This document shows, one piece after another, positions 17,825 through 25,678 of a stretch of 64,000 nucleotides of DNA (positions within the stretch are counted from its first letter, which is position 1; each line of letters starts with the position of its first letter). The DNA is from Desulfobacterales bacterium (GTDB lineage Bacteria; Desulfobacterota; Desulfobacteria; Desulfobacterales; SpSt-501). The DNA lies in assembly GCA_037481615.1 (NCBI GenBank), contig JBBFLI010000020.1; one strand, 5' to 3'. The position numbers were made by a program, and so were the translations under genes. The notes under the pieces are model-generated. The model worked only from the letters and a program-made list of their open reading frames with translations, was not told where the DNA came from and did no database searches.

Positions 17825-19330
17825 ATGAGACGGGTTTCAGGCCTCCACCGTCTTTTCCGATGCATCCTCTGGCTTTGCGCCATCGTTTTTTCAGGCGGCG
17901 GGGCACTCTGCGCCCAGACCAAGGCCCCTGCAGGGAGTGCGCCGCCTGCGGGCATGCGCAAGGTCGTCACGGAGAAGGCCACTTTCGTCGCCTATGTCCC
18001 AGAGGGCTGGGGGGCGGTCGAGGGTGCGGATTATGGCGCGCGGTTTATTGCCGCTTCCGACCCCGGTGGGAGATTCGAGGCGGTCCTGGCCGTTGGCACT
18101 GCGCCTTTCCCGGGGGACGCGGTCGGCGCGGCACGGGCCATCCTGGAAAAAGTCGGCCGCCATCTCCCCGATCTCGAAATCGCCAACGCCCGGGTCACCC
18201 CCGATCGGCGCAAGGTGGTCTTCGACGGCGTCTACAGCCATCCCCAGAAAGGCCGCCGTGAACTCCGCTCCTGGGTCGGGGTGGAACAGGGGATCGTGAC
18301 CTGCTCGCGCATCGAGGCGCCGGCCGGCAGGCTGGAAGCCGAAAAAGCGACGCTGCTGACCGTTCTCGCCAACATCCGGGTTCTGAAAGGGGCCTTCGCC
18401 ACCGGCGGTGCTCCCCAGATCCCGCCGCTCGTTTCCTACCGGCTGCGGGACGGCTCGGCTTCCTTTCAAATGCCGCAGGGCTGGAAGTGCCAGGACTTCG
18501 GCAAGGGTGCCTTCATCGCGAGCGATCCCGGAGAAACCACGAGTTTCTCGGTCGGCGGGGCCGAGGTTCTTTCCCCCCAGCTCGGGGTGCGGGTTCCGGG
18601 GGTGGTCGTGGCCCCCTACATGCCGCCCCACCAGGCGTGGCGGCTGTTGACGGAGCAGACCGGGCTGGTTTCCCGGCTGCAGTTCGAAAAGGTCATCCCG
18701 CGACAGGACATCGCCCAAGAGATGGCCCGCGGCGTCTACACGGCCGGGCCGGTGGCGGTCGAGGAGCTGATCTACACCTGTGATGTCAAGGGAAGGCGAT
18801 CCAAGGGCTACACGTTCGGTTTCTCCTTCGGCAGTCGGCTGGGGCACAGCTGGAACTTCCGGCACATGACGGTGGGGGCCCCGGTCGACCGCTTCGACGG
18901 CATGGTGCCGACCTTTTCCGCCATGCTCCAGTCGTTCCGGTTCAACGAGCAGTGGATGGCGAACTACATCGCTCAGGGCAACCGGCGCCTGCAAGAGCTT
19001 CAGCAGAAGACGGCCTCGATGGCCGGCCGCAACGCCGAGGATATCCGCCGCATGATGCAGGCCGCCTACGACGAGCGGCAGCGCAGCATGGACTACATCG
19101 ACTACCAGCGAACGAACACCATCCGCGGTCAGCAGGACTGGGTTTCCGACATGGAGGGCGGCACCGTTTACCGCACGGACAACTGGGGCACCAGAAACAC
19201 CGCAACCGGCGAATCCTGGGAGGGACAGCCCTACGACTACGTCCACTTCAAGGGCCGGAACCCGAAATACAACGAACAGATGACGCCGATCGACAGCCGT
19301 GCCCTCTGGGAGCGCCATCGGGCAAAATAG
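17825..19330 (+). CDS. Hypothetical exported protein (501 aa), no recognisable domain
   Basis: Strong SD GGGAGGTG and a signal peptide (LFRCILWLCAIVFSGGGALCAQ). GC3-rich codon usage holds along the full length. The stop TAG belongs to the repeat at 19328. Confidence 0.65.
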   Translation: MRRVSGLHRLFRCILWLCAIVFSGGGALCAQTKAPAGSAPPAGMRKVVTEKATFVAYVPEGWGAVEGADYGARFIAASDPGGRFEAVLAVGTAPFPGDAVGAARAILEKVGRHLPDLEIANARVTPDRRKVVFDGVYSHPQKGRRELRSWVGVEQGIVTCSRIEAPAGRLEAEKATLLTVLANIRVLKGAFATGGAPQIPPLVSYRLRDGSASFQMPQGWKCQDFGKGAFIASDPGETTSFSVGGAEVLSPQLGVRVPGVVVAPYMPPHQAWRLLTEQTGLVSRLQFEKVIPRQDIAQEMARGVYTAGPVAVEELIYTCDVKGRRSKGYTFGFSFGSRLGHSWNFRHMTVGAPVDRFDGMVPTFSAMLQSFRFNEQWMANYIAQGNRRLQELQQKTASMAGRNAEDIRRMMQAAYDERQRSMDYIDYQRTNTIRGQQDWVSDMEGGTVYRTDNWGTRNTATGESWEGQPYDYVHFKGRNPKYNEQMTPIDSRALWERHRAK

Positions 19331-19393
19331 GGGACGTCCATTGATATATCATTTTATGGGCTACGATAATGATGTAAGAATGGACGTCCCCTA
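19328..19393. repeat. Complete 66-nt hairpin element of the AGGGGACGTCCATT family between convergent genes
   Basis: TAGGGGACGTCCATTGATATATCATTTT-ATGGGCTACG-ATAATGATGTAAGAATGGACGTCCCCTA. Both tips (TAG on each strand) serve as stop codons of the flanking convergent genes. Confidence 0.9.
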
Positions 19394-19828
19394 AATGAGG
19401 AGGGAGTTGAAATAGCGGGGGTCTCCGGTGACCTCGGGGCCGAGCCATGGAGGCCGGGGGAAGGCCTCGCCGGGGTGGGAGAGCTCGATCTCGGCGAGGA
19501 CGAGGCCGGCGTGGCGGCCGTGGAACTCGTCGATCTCCCAGCGGAAGCCCCCGAAGGGGACCTCGTGGCGGGTCTTATCCAAGACCCCCCCCTCGCAGAG
19601 CCCGAGAAGCTGCTCGGCCTCCAGGGCGGGGATCTCGTATTCGAATTCGGAGCGGACGGCCCCCCGGGTGAGGCCCTTGATCGCAAGGAAGGCCCGGCCG
19701 CCGGCGATCCGTACGCGTACGGTGCGCTCCGGGTCCCGGTTGAGATAACCCTGGCGTATCCGGACCCCGTCGCCGCCGCGCCAGCCGGCCCCCACCACCA
19801 GAAACTTGCGTTCGATTTCGATTCCCAT
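19391..19828 (-). CDS. CYTH-domain protein (CyaB/ThTPase-like triphosphate tunnel metalloenzyme)
   Basis: MGIEIERKFLV...RIRQGYL...VRVRI...AFLAIKG...RSEFEYEIP...WEIDEFHGRHAGLVLAEIEL is the classic EXEXK start and CYTH strand pattern. Confidence 0.85.
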   Translation of the reverse strand: MGIEIERKFLVVGAGWRGGDGVRIRQGYLNRDPERTVRVRIAGGRAFLAIKGLTRGAVRSEFEYEIPALEAEQLLGLCEGGVLDKTRHEVPFGGFRWEIDEFHGRHAGLVLAEIELSHPGEAFPRPPWLGPEVTGDPRYFNSLLI

Positions 19829-19956
19829 TCAGGGAAGATCCCCTCTTCGCCGCCCGCCCCCGCCCCCCGGCGGATGAGCGGTCTTTCTCCCCCCGAAATC
19901 GGCCTCACAGGCCCCAAGGGCGGGTCGTCGCCGCGCCAGGCCCGGCGTGCGCCCCC

Positions 19957-20418
19957 TCAAGCCGCCGATTGCGGCTGCCGGGTTTTCCTTCCGAGAAGCA
20001 TATAGGTCACCTGGGCGACGGCAACGAGTGTGCCTCCCTCGTCGAAGAGCTCGACCGCCACCGGGCAGAGGGTGCGTCCGAACTTGATCACCTGCGCCCG
20101 GGCGGTGACATCGGTCAAACAGGGAGCGAGAAAGCGGATGTTCATGTCCGTGGTCGTGAGCCGGGTGTCGGGGCCGGTGCGCGTGAGAATCGCAAAACAG
20201 GCGATGCTGTCGGCCACGGTCATGAGGAGCCCCCCATGGAAGGATTCGTAGATCCCATCCCAGGCCCTTCTCCGCGGCACGCGGGCCTCGCAGCAGCCGT
20301 CGGCGAAGTAGAGGATCTCCATCTGGAGCGTGTCCACGATGGGAATGCGCCGGATCCTCTCCAGGAGCCGATCCGCGGGAACCTGCGCCGCGGGCGCCGG
20401 ACGGCATTTCGCTTCCAT
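19957..20418 (-). CDS. PaaI/YbgC-type hotdog-fold thioesterase
   Basis: ...FHGGLLMTVADSIACFAI...DMNIRFLAP...ARAQVIKFGRTLCPVAVELFDEGGTLVAVAQVTY. ATG 20418 with SD GGGAGA is preferred over the upstream in-frame extension. Confidence 0.8.
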   Translation of the reverse strand: MEAKCRPAPAAQVPADRLLERIRRIPIVDTLQMEILYFADGCCEARVPRRRAWDGIYESFHGGLLMTVADSIACFAILTRTGPDTRLTTTDMNIRFLAPCLTDVTARAQVIKFGRTLCPVAVELFDEGGTLVAVAQVTYMLLGRKTRQPQSAA

Positions 20419-20882
20419 GGATCTCCCGCCTCCTGCTCTTTCCCCGGGGGACTTCGCGCCGGGACGCACCCATCGCCGTCCCCCCCCGCGTTGAGGTAAA
20501 GGCCCCCGCACCGTGATGTCAAGCCCTTTTCTGAAACGCCGGTTTCAACCCCGTATTCGATACCCCGTTTCGCTCTTCGCCGCTTCGGCTGTGCCTGATC
20601 GCCATAATGGGGGTTTTTTCGTTGATTGCGGCATGTATTTTGCTTGGCTATCGGGCACTTCGTGCTTGACAGGGCGGTTCTCGCAGGGTAGGTAGCGCGA
20701 CTGTCCGCCGCAAGTCAGACGCCCTGCACCGAGGGGTTTGCGGCGTGCGCGCAGCGTGAGAACAACCCCCAGCTCGCAGAGGGGAGAACCGGCCCTTTCG
20801 GCGGCCGCAGCAGCATCATCAAGAAGGAGGGCGGGGCGCAGGAGGCAAGCGCCCGGTCGGTTCCAGACGAGAGGTTCGACCC

Positions 20883-22295
20883 GTGGTTTCACGACGAAAC
20901 GTATCGCCTGACGAACACGCTTCATCCCAAACCCATCGACGGACCGGCGGCGGCCGCGCCATCCTCGCGGCGGCGGCCGCCTTTTTTCTGCTGACTCTTT
21001 TCTGCCCTGTCGTGGATGCCAGCTCGGAGCCCTCCGGGACCCCCCCCCGGGAAGGCCAACCCGTCCCCACCTTACGGCAGAAGAAACCCTCGGGCGTGGC
21101 GAATCCGGCCAAGACCGTCCCGACGGCCCGCAAGCCGAGTCCCGCCAAGAACGAATCGAGCAAACCCCCGGCCGCGGCGAAGAAGAAGCCGCAACCGGCG
21201 CCCGTCGTAAACAACAAGACCAAGGCCAAGGCCGAGACCCTGGTCGCGGAGCTTTCCCCCGTGCTGCCCACGAGCCTCGAGCAGGAGATCGGAAAGTTCT
21301 TCGGTCTGCGCTACCGGCTGGGCGGCGACGGGCGCGAGGGTTTCGATTGCTCGGGCCTGGTCAAGCGGATCTACGAGGACGCCTTCGGCATCCGCATTCC
21401 GCGAAGCTCGATCGAACTGAGCCGTTTCGATCACCTGCAGCCGGTTTCCCCCGAGGAGCTCAAGCCCGGCGATCTCGTCTTCTTCGGGCCGAACCGCAAG
21501 CGCGTGAACCATGTCGGCCTTTACCTCTCCGGGGGTCGTTTTCTGCACGCCGCCCGCTCCGAGGGGGTGACCATCAGCAGCCTCGAGGACCAGTACTGGA
21601 AATCGCGCTTCATGTTCTCACGCCGGATGCGGGGGTTGGAACTCGAAGAGGAGCGGGAGGATTTCGCAACGGTCGCCTTCGAGCGCGAGTTGAGAAAGGA
21701 CGCTTACATCGCCGGTCTGGGAAAGGATGAGCTCGACGTGCGGTTTCTCGAGGCCGGCATCGAAATCAACGACACCATCGAGCTTCTCGTGAGCGGCTTC
21801 TTCCTGAGCGCGCTCGACCCCGCCGGCATCATCCCGGCCGCGATGGACGCCGCTTCCGGAGCGGAGGAAGGCAACGAGCTGAAATCCGGGGACGCCGGCT
21901 TCCGCGTGGGGGCCGCTTTCTCCCCCTTCGAGTGGATCAAGCTCATCCCCTCCATCTTCCAATCGGAGAGCGACAAGGGCGAGCGGAGCGAGAGGCAGCA
22001 GCGGATGGGGCTCGAGACGTGGATGATCCTGCCCGAATCGCGGGTCGCGGTCTTTCTCGCCGCCCACGCCCGCAACCAGGAGGATCTGCTGCAGCGGCCG
22101 CTCGAGATTAACCCGGACATGCAGACCGCGGATTTCTCTCTCGGGCTGCACTACCAGTTCTCGGATGCGCTGCGCTTCTCCCTCTGGGGGTCGCACGCCT
22201 ATCGGCCCGAAACGGGTGTCGCGACGGACGACACCGGGCGCCGCGCCTCCTCGAGCCTCGACCAGCTTTCCTTCCAGTTCCGGCTGCAGTTCTGA
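20883..22295 (+). CDS. NlpC/P60 peptidoglycan endopeptidase with a Pro/Lys-rich linker and an about 230-aa C-terminal extension ending in an OMP-like terminal Phe
   Basis: GLRYRLGGDGREGFDCSGLVKRIYEDAFG...GDLVFFG...VNHVGLYLSGGRFLHA is the NlpC/P60 Cys-His core. The C-terminus has alternating hydrophobic strands (FSLGLHYQFSDALRFSLWGSHAY ... LSFQFRLQF-stop). GTG start. Confidence 0.8.
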   Translation: MVSRRNVSPDEHASSQTHRRTGGGRAILAAAAAFFLLTLFCPVVDASSEPSGTPPREGQPVPTLRQKKPSGVANPAKTVPTARKPSPAKNESSKPPAAAKKKPQPAPVVNNKTKAKAETLVAELSPVLPTSLEQEIGKFFGLRYRLGGDGREGFDCSGLVKRIYEDAFGIRIPRSSIELSRFDHLQPVSPEELKPGDLVFFGPNRKRVNHVGLYLSGGRFLHAARSEGVTISSLEDQYWKSRFMFSRRMRGLELEEEREDFATVAFERELRKDAYIAGLGKDELDVRFLEAGIEINDTIELLVSGFFLSALDPAGIIPAAMDAASGAEEGNELKSGDAGFRVGAAFSPFEWIKLIPSIFQSESDKGERSERQQRMGLETWMILPESRVAVFLAAHARNQEDLLQRPLEINPDMQTADFSLGLHYQFSDALRFSLWGSHAYRPETGVATDDTGRRASSSLDQLSFQFRLQF

Positions 22296-22336
22296 CCCCC
22301 GGCCGGCGGGGGCGCGCCTCCGGGCGTCCCGGCCCC

Positions 22337-22684
22337 TCAGGCCCGCGGACGGGTGTCGCCGACGATGAAGGGGGTCGAGCGCAGGCCGATGCTTCCCTTG
22401 CGTACCCAGAGGCGGAACATGGGCAGGGTCGCCCCCTCCATGTCCACGAGGCTCGGCAGCTCCTCCACGTAGGCGATGTCTTTTTTCTCGAACTCGTAGT
22501 AGACCGTGTTCGCGCTGTAGGGGTCGACCATCAGGAGGACCCGCTCGGGATCGAAGGGATGCTTGCGCGGCGTGCCGGAGAAAGCCACGCAGTCGAGCCT
22601 GAGGCTCTGGGGATCCCGCGGCCGATGCCAGGTCTGAACGGGAAAGAAATCAGCGGATGCAGAAGAAGAAGGTTTCTCGGACAT
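22337..22684 (-). CDS. Conserved-looking hypothetical protein (115 aa)
   Basis: GC3-rich ORF with a single plausible ATG. Sequence ...VYYEFEKKDIAYVEELPSLVDMEGATLPMFRLWVRKGSIG. I cannot assign a family. Confidence 0.55.
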   Translation of the reverse strand: MSEKPSSSASADFFPVQTWHRPRDPQSLRLDCVAFSGTPRKHPFDPERVLLMVDPYSANTVYYEFEKKDIAYVEELPSLVDMEGATLPMFRLWVRKGSIGLRSTPFIVGDTRPRA

Positions 22685-23142
22685 CTTCGGCTCCTTTGAA
22701 GCCCCGGCGCCGCAAGACCGGGGCGGGTTCGATCCGCAGCGGGAAAAACGAAACGGTCTCGGGCCCGGCCCCCGCCCTTCCGCCGCCGGAGAAACCCCGG
22801 CACGCGCTCACCCCCGGGCAGGCGAAACGGCTGCGCGGCCTCGCCCACGGCCTGCCGCCGGCCGTCTGGATCGGTCGCCGCGGCCTGACCGCAGCCGTGC
22901 TGGCGGAGATGGAAGAGGCGCTGCTCGCCCACGAGCTGGTCAAGGTGCGCCTGCGCGACCAGCCCGACCGCCGGGAGCGGAGCCGGCTGCTCGAGGAGCT
23001 CGCCGCGAGAACCGCAAGCTGCCTCGCCGGTGCGCTCGGGCACACGGCCGTCTTCTTCCGCCCCCACCCCGACCCCGCACGCCGCCGCATCGACCCTAAG
23101 GCCGGGTCGCGCCCTCCCCGGGACCCGAAACGAGGATCCTGA
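22657..23142 (+). CDS. yhbY: YhbY-like CRM-domain RNA-binding protein with a basic N-terminal extension
   Basis: LTPGQAKRLRGLAHGLPPAVWIGRRGLTAAVLAEMEEALLAHELVKVRL...ASCLAGALGHTAVFFRP is colinear with E. coli YhbY. The only in-frame canonical start upstream is ATG 22657. Confidence 0.7.
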   Translation: MQKKKVSRTSSAPLKPRRRKTGAGSIRSGKNETVSGPAPALPPPEKPRHALTPGQAKRLRGLAHGLPPAVWIGRRGLTAAVLAEMEEALLAHELVKVRLRDQPDRRERSRLLEELAARTASCLAGALGHTAVFFRPHPDPARRRIDPKAGSRPPRDPKRGS

Positions 23143-24229
23143 GCCTCATCCCCGGGCGGATCGGCTTTTTGGGGTCCAGCCGGTTCCAGGAGGCGATCTC
23201 GGCGATCGAAACGCCGTGGCGATCCGCGATCGCCGTCAGGGTGTCCCCCTCCTGGACCGTGTAGAGCACCTCGCGCGGCTCGGGCAACCCGGCCACCGCC
23301 TCGGCGAGACGCCGCGCGAACCCCTCGGCCCCTTCCGTCGGGATGCGCAGCCGCTGCGGGCCCGGGGACAGCTCGAAGCCGCGCAGCTCGGGGTTCAGGT
23401 CCTTCACGGCCTTCACGTCCGTGCGGGCCGCCCGGGCGACGACAAGGAGCGGGACGGCGCGGCGCAGCTCGAACTCGACGACCGCCGCGCGCTCGGGGGG
23501 GTAGAGATCCTCGGCCTCCAGGCGGAAGCCGAAGCGCGCGGGGTTCTCGAGGATGATTTTCGCCGCGAGGATCCGGAAAACGTAGCGCTGCGTTTCGAGC
23601 GGCAGGTAGAGCCGGTAGAAGTCCTGCGTCTCCTGGCGTGCGATCTCGGCCTGCAACCCGTTTTCCCCCATGTTGTAAGCCGCGGCGGCGAGCGTCCAGG
23701 AGCCGAAGAGCTCTTTGAGCTGCTGCAGGTAGGCGAGCGCTGCCTCGGTCGAGCGCGCGAGGTTGCGGCGCTCGTCCCGGCGGCGGTCGACCTGCAGGCC
23801 GTAGCGCCTGCCGGTCGGCTCGATGAACTGCCAGAAGCCCATCGCCCCCTTCGGCGATCCGGCATGGGGGCGCAGGGCGCTCTCCACGATCGGGATGTAC
23901 TTCAGATCCGGGGGCAGGCCGAAAGAGGCGATCGCCTCCTCGATCGGGGCGAGGTGGCGGGGCCCGCGCTTGATCCAGAGGATCACCTGATGGGGCTCGG
24001 CGAGCAGGGAGAGCAGTTCGCGCTCCAGCCGTTCGCGCGCTTCGGGGTCGTGGAGCGGTGCGGGCTCCCCGCAGAAGTCGATCGGGCCGCGGAACCGGGC
24101 GGCCCGGACCAACCCCGAGAAATCGAGCCCCGGGGGCTCTTCGGCCGCCTCGGGGGGGGCCGCTGCGGAGATCGCCGGCCCCAGGGCGGCCGCGGCCGCA
24201 AGGAAAAGCAGGGCCGAACGGGGCATCAT
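23096..24229 (-). CDS. Lytic murein transglycosylase (MltD-like SLT domain) with a C-terminal LysM
   Basis: Signal peptide, SLT core (ESALRPHAGSPKGAMGFWQFIEPTGRRYGL...AAAAYNMGENG) and LysM (YTVQEGDTLTAIADRHGVSIAEIASWNRL). Confidence 0.85.
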   Translation of the reverse strand: MMPRSALLFLAAAAALGPAISAAAPPEAAEEPPGLDFSGLVRAARFRGPIDFCGEPAPLHDPEARERLERELLSLLAEPHQVILWIKRGPRHLAPIEEAIASFGLPPDLKYIPIVESALRPHAGSPKGAMGFWQFIEPTGRRYGLQVDRRRDERRNLARSTEAALAYLQQLKELFGSWTLAAAAYNMGENGLQAEIARQETQDFYRLYLPLETQRYVFRILAAKIILENPARFGFRLEAEDLYPPERAAVVEFELRRAVPLLVVARAARTDVKAVKDLNPELRGFELSPGPQRLRIPTEGAEGFARRLAEAVAGLPEPREVLYTVQEGDTLTAIADRHGVSIAEIASWNRLDPKKPIRPGMRLRILVSGPGEGATRP

Positions 24230-24245
24230 GCGGCTTCGGTTCCCC

Positions 24246-24527
24246 TCAGGCGCGCAGGGCGGCGTAGAGCGTCCAGCCGCCCACGGCGATGAAAAAGATG
24301 CCGGCGGCGACCTTGATCACCGCGGGCGAGACGAAACGGCTCACGCCGGCTCCGAGCAGGACGGCGATGAGCGAGCTCAAAACCAGCGCGCCGGCTGCGC
24401 CGAGAAAGACCGACAGCCGGGTGTTCTCGCAGTCGGCCGAGAAGCAGAACGTGGCGAGCTGGGTCTTGTCGCCGAGCTCGGCGAGGAAGACGAAGCCGAA
24501 GGTGGTGAGCAGGATCTTGAGGTCCAT
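24246..24527 (-). CDS. UPF0016/GDT1-family membrane protein (putative Mn2+/Ca2+ transporter half-unit)
   Basis: FLAELGDKTQLAT is the signature E-x-G-D-K-T motif in a 93-aa three-TM protein. Confidence 0.85.
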   Translation of the reverse strand: MDLKILLTTFGFVFLAELGDKTQLATFCFSADCENTRLSVFLGAAGALVLSSLIAVLLGAGVSRFVSPAVIKVAAGIFFIAVGGWTLYAALRA

Positions 24528-24570
24528 CGGGCTCCTCGATTCGCGGTTGTCGCGGGCCCCTTGTCCGCGG

Positions 24571-25440
24571 TCACAGGGCGCGCAGAAATTCGGGTTTCAG
24601 GGGGACCTCCCCCTCGAGCGCCCGGTCGATCAGGGCGAGCACCGCCTCGCGGTCCCGGGGAAGCCGGGCCTTGAGCGGCAGATAGTTCGAGGCGTGGTTG
24701 GCGTGAAAGAGCCCCTGGGTGAGGTGGGTCGCGGCGATCATCTCCCGCAGTTCGCGCAGCATCTCCACGGGTTCGATCAGCACGAACCGGCCCCCGACCC
24801 AGTCGTCGTAGAGCGGGGTGCCGGGGATGAGCATCAGGCTGAGCGCCCCGACGTACTCGGGATCGATGGCCGAAAGGACCCGGCCGGTCTCCCGGGCGTG
24901 GACGAGCGAACGCTCGCGCCCGGCGATCCCCAGGATCACGGTGATCGAAAGCTTGATCCCCGCCTGCCGGGCCTTGGTCGCCGCGGCGATCATCCGGGCG
25001 GCGTCGGCTCCCTTGCGGATGCGCGCGAGGGTCACGTCGTCGCCGCTTTCCAGGCCGAAGTAGAGGATGCCCAGGCCCAGCCCGCGCAGCTCCCGGAGCT
25101 GCTCCGGGGTTTTCCAGGACAGGCTCTTGGCGTTCGCGTAGGCGCCGACCCGGGTCACCCAGGGGAGCCTCTCGCGGATCGCCCGCAGGATGCGGACCAG
25201 GCGCTCCTGGGGCACGACGAGCGCGTCCCCGTCGCAGAGGAACACGCGGCGTTGCCGACGGAAGCGGGCCGCCGCGTAGTCGATGTCGGCGAGTACGATT
25301 TCCTCGGGCTTGATGCGGAAGCGCTCGCCGGCGTAGGTGCCGCAGAAGGTGCAGCGGTTGCGCGAGCAGCCGACCGTCACCTGCAATAGAATGCTGCCCG
25401 CCTCGCTCGGGGGCCGGATGATGGTGCCTTCGTAGTGCAT
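24571..25440 (-). CDS. Radical SAM protein (Elp3-like Cx4Cx2C cluster motif), 289 aa
   Basis: MHYEGTIIRPPSEAGSILLQVTVGCSRNRCTFCGTY..., checked codon by codon (C-SRNR-C-TF-C). The remainder is TIM-barrel-like (FLCDGDAL, YFGLESGDD). There is no SPASM or B12 domain. ATG 25440 is preferred over the long upstream extension. Confidence 0.85.
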   Translation of the reverse strand: MHYEGTIIRPPSEAGSILLQVTVGCSRNRCTFCGTYAGERFRIKPEEIVLADIDYAAARFRRQRRVFLCDGDALVVPQERLVRILRAIRERLPWVTRVGAYANAKSLSWKTPEQLRELRGLGLGILYFGLESGDDVTLARIRKGADAARMIAAATKARQAGIKLSITVILGIAGRERSLVHARETGRVLSAIDPEYVGALSLMLIPGTPLYDDWVGGRFVLIEPVEMLRELREMIAATHLTQGLFHANHASNYLPLKARLPRDREAVLALIDRALEGEVPLKPEFLRAL

Positions 25441-25453
25441 GGCCGGATCCGGG

Positions 25454-25678
25454 TTACTGGTTCCCCAGCCCGTTCTGCCCCCCGCAGTCGGGGCAGACCC
25501 AGGTGATCCCGTTGCAGGAAAGGGTCCAGAAATTTTCGTGCATGCAGTCTTGACAGATGCGAAACCCGCAGCGGCAGACCCAGCAGAAGGGTACGCGCCG
25601 GCGGCACAGCGGGCACTCGGGGTCGCGCTCCCGGCGGTGCCGGCGGCGGTAGGGGCGGTCAACCGAGGAGCCGGGCAT
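25454..25678 (-). CDS. Cys-rich mini-protein (74 aa, 10 Cys, four CxxC pairs, predicted double zinc ribbon) with a basic N-terminus
   Basis: MPGSSVDRPYRRRHRRERDPECPLCRRRVPFCWVCRCGFRICQDCMHENFWTLSCNGITWVCPDCGGQNGLGNQ. Third codon positions are GC-rich. Its start overlaps the upstream stop by 20 nt and its stop lies 13 nt before the radical SAM start. Confidence 0.6.
   Translation of the reverse strand: MPGSSVDRPYRRRHRRERDPECPLCRRRVPFCWVCRCGFRICQDCMHENFWTLSCNGITWVCPDCGGQNGLGNQ

Noticed and set aside
13090-19393. Reading the repeat elements as integron attC sites, with the flanked genes as cassettes
   Set aside because: There are no RYYYAAC / GTTRRRY core sites at the element ends and no intI gene. 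Gene orientations are mixed (CYTH is convergent), and some genes carry their own promoter-like regions.
19356-19393. Mini-ORFs inside the repeat elements (ATG GGC TAC ... giving MGYDNDVRMDVP, and MSPESDIRMDVPS... at 17673)
   Set aside because: The shared RMDVP residues simply translate the conserved repeat arm (AGAATGGACGTCCCC). There is no SD, and the lengths are not conserved between copies.
20520-20882. A c-di-AMP (ydaO-type) or c-di-GMP (GEMM-I) riboswitch upstream of the NlpC/P60 gene
   Set aside because: Isolated resemblances exist (GGTAGGTAGCG and two GAGGGG boxes). The ordered conserved blocks I remember for either class are not present (ACGCAAAGCC for GEMM-I; CCCGAAUCCG and AGCUAACC for ydaO). 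A covariance-model scan would be needed to reopen this.
24528-24570. A yybP-ykoY Mn2+ riboswitch in front of the GDT1-family gene
   Set aside because: Only 43 nt separate it from the upstream radical SAM stop. That is too short for the riboswitch, and the gene appears co-transcribed.
25454-25678. The Cys-rich ORF as a SCIFF/ranthipeptide-type RiPP precursor for the adjacent radical SAM enzyme
   Set aside because: The radical SAM protein is only 289 aa and lacks a SPASM or twitch auxiliary-cluster domain. The Cys pattern (paired CxxC knuckles) looks like structural zinc ribbons, not a leader-core peptide.
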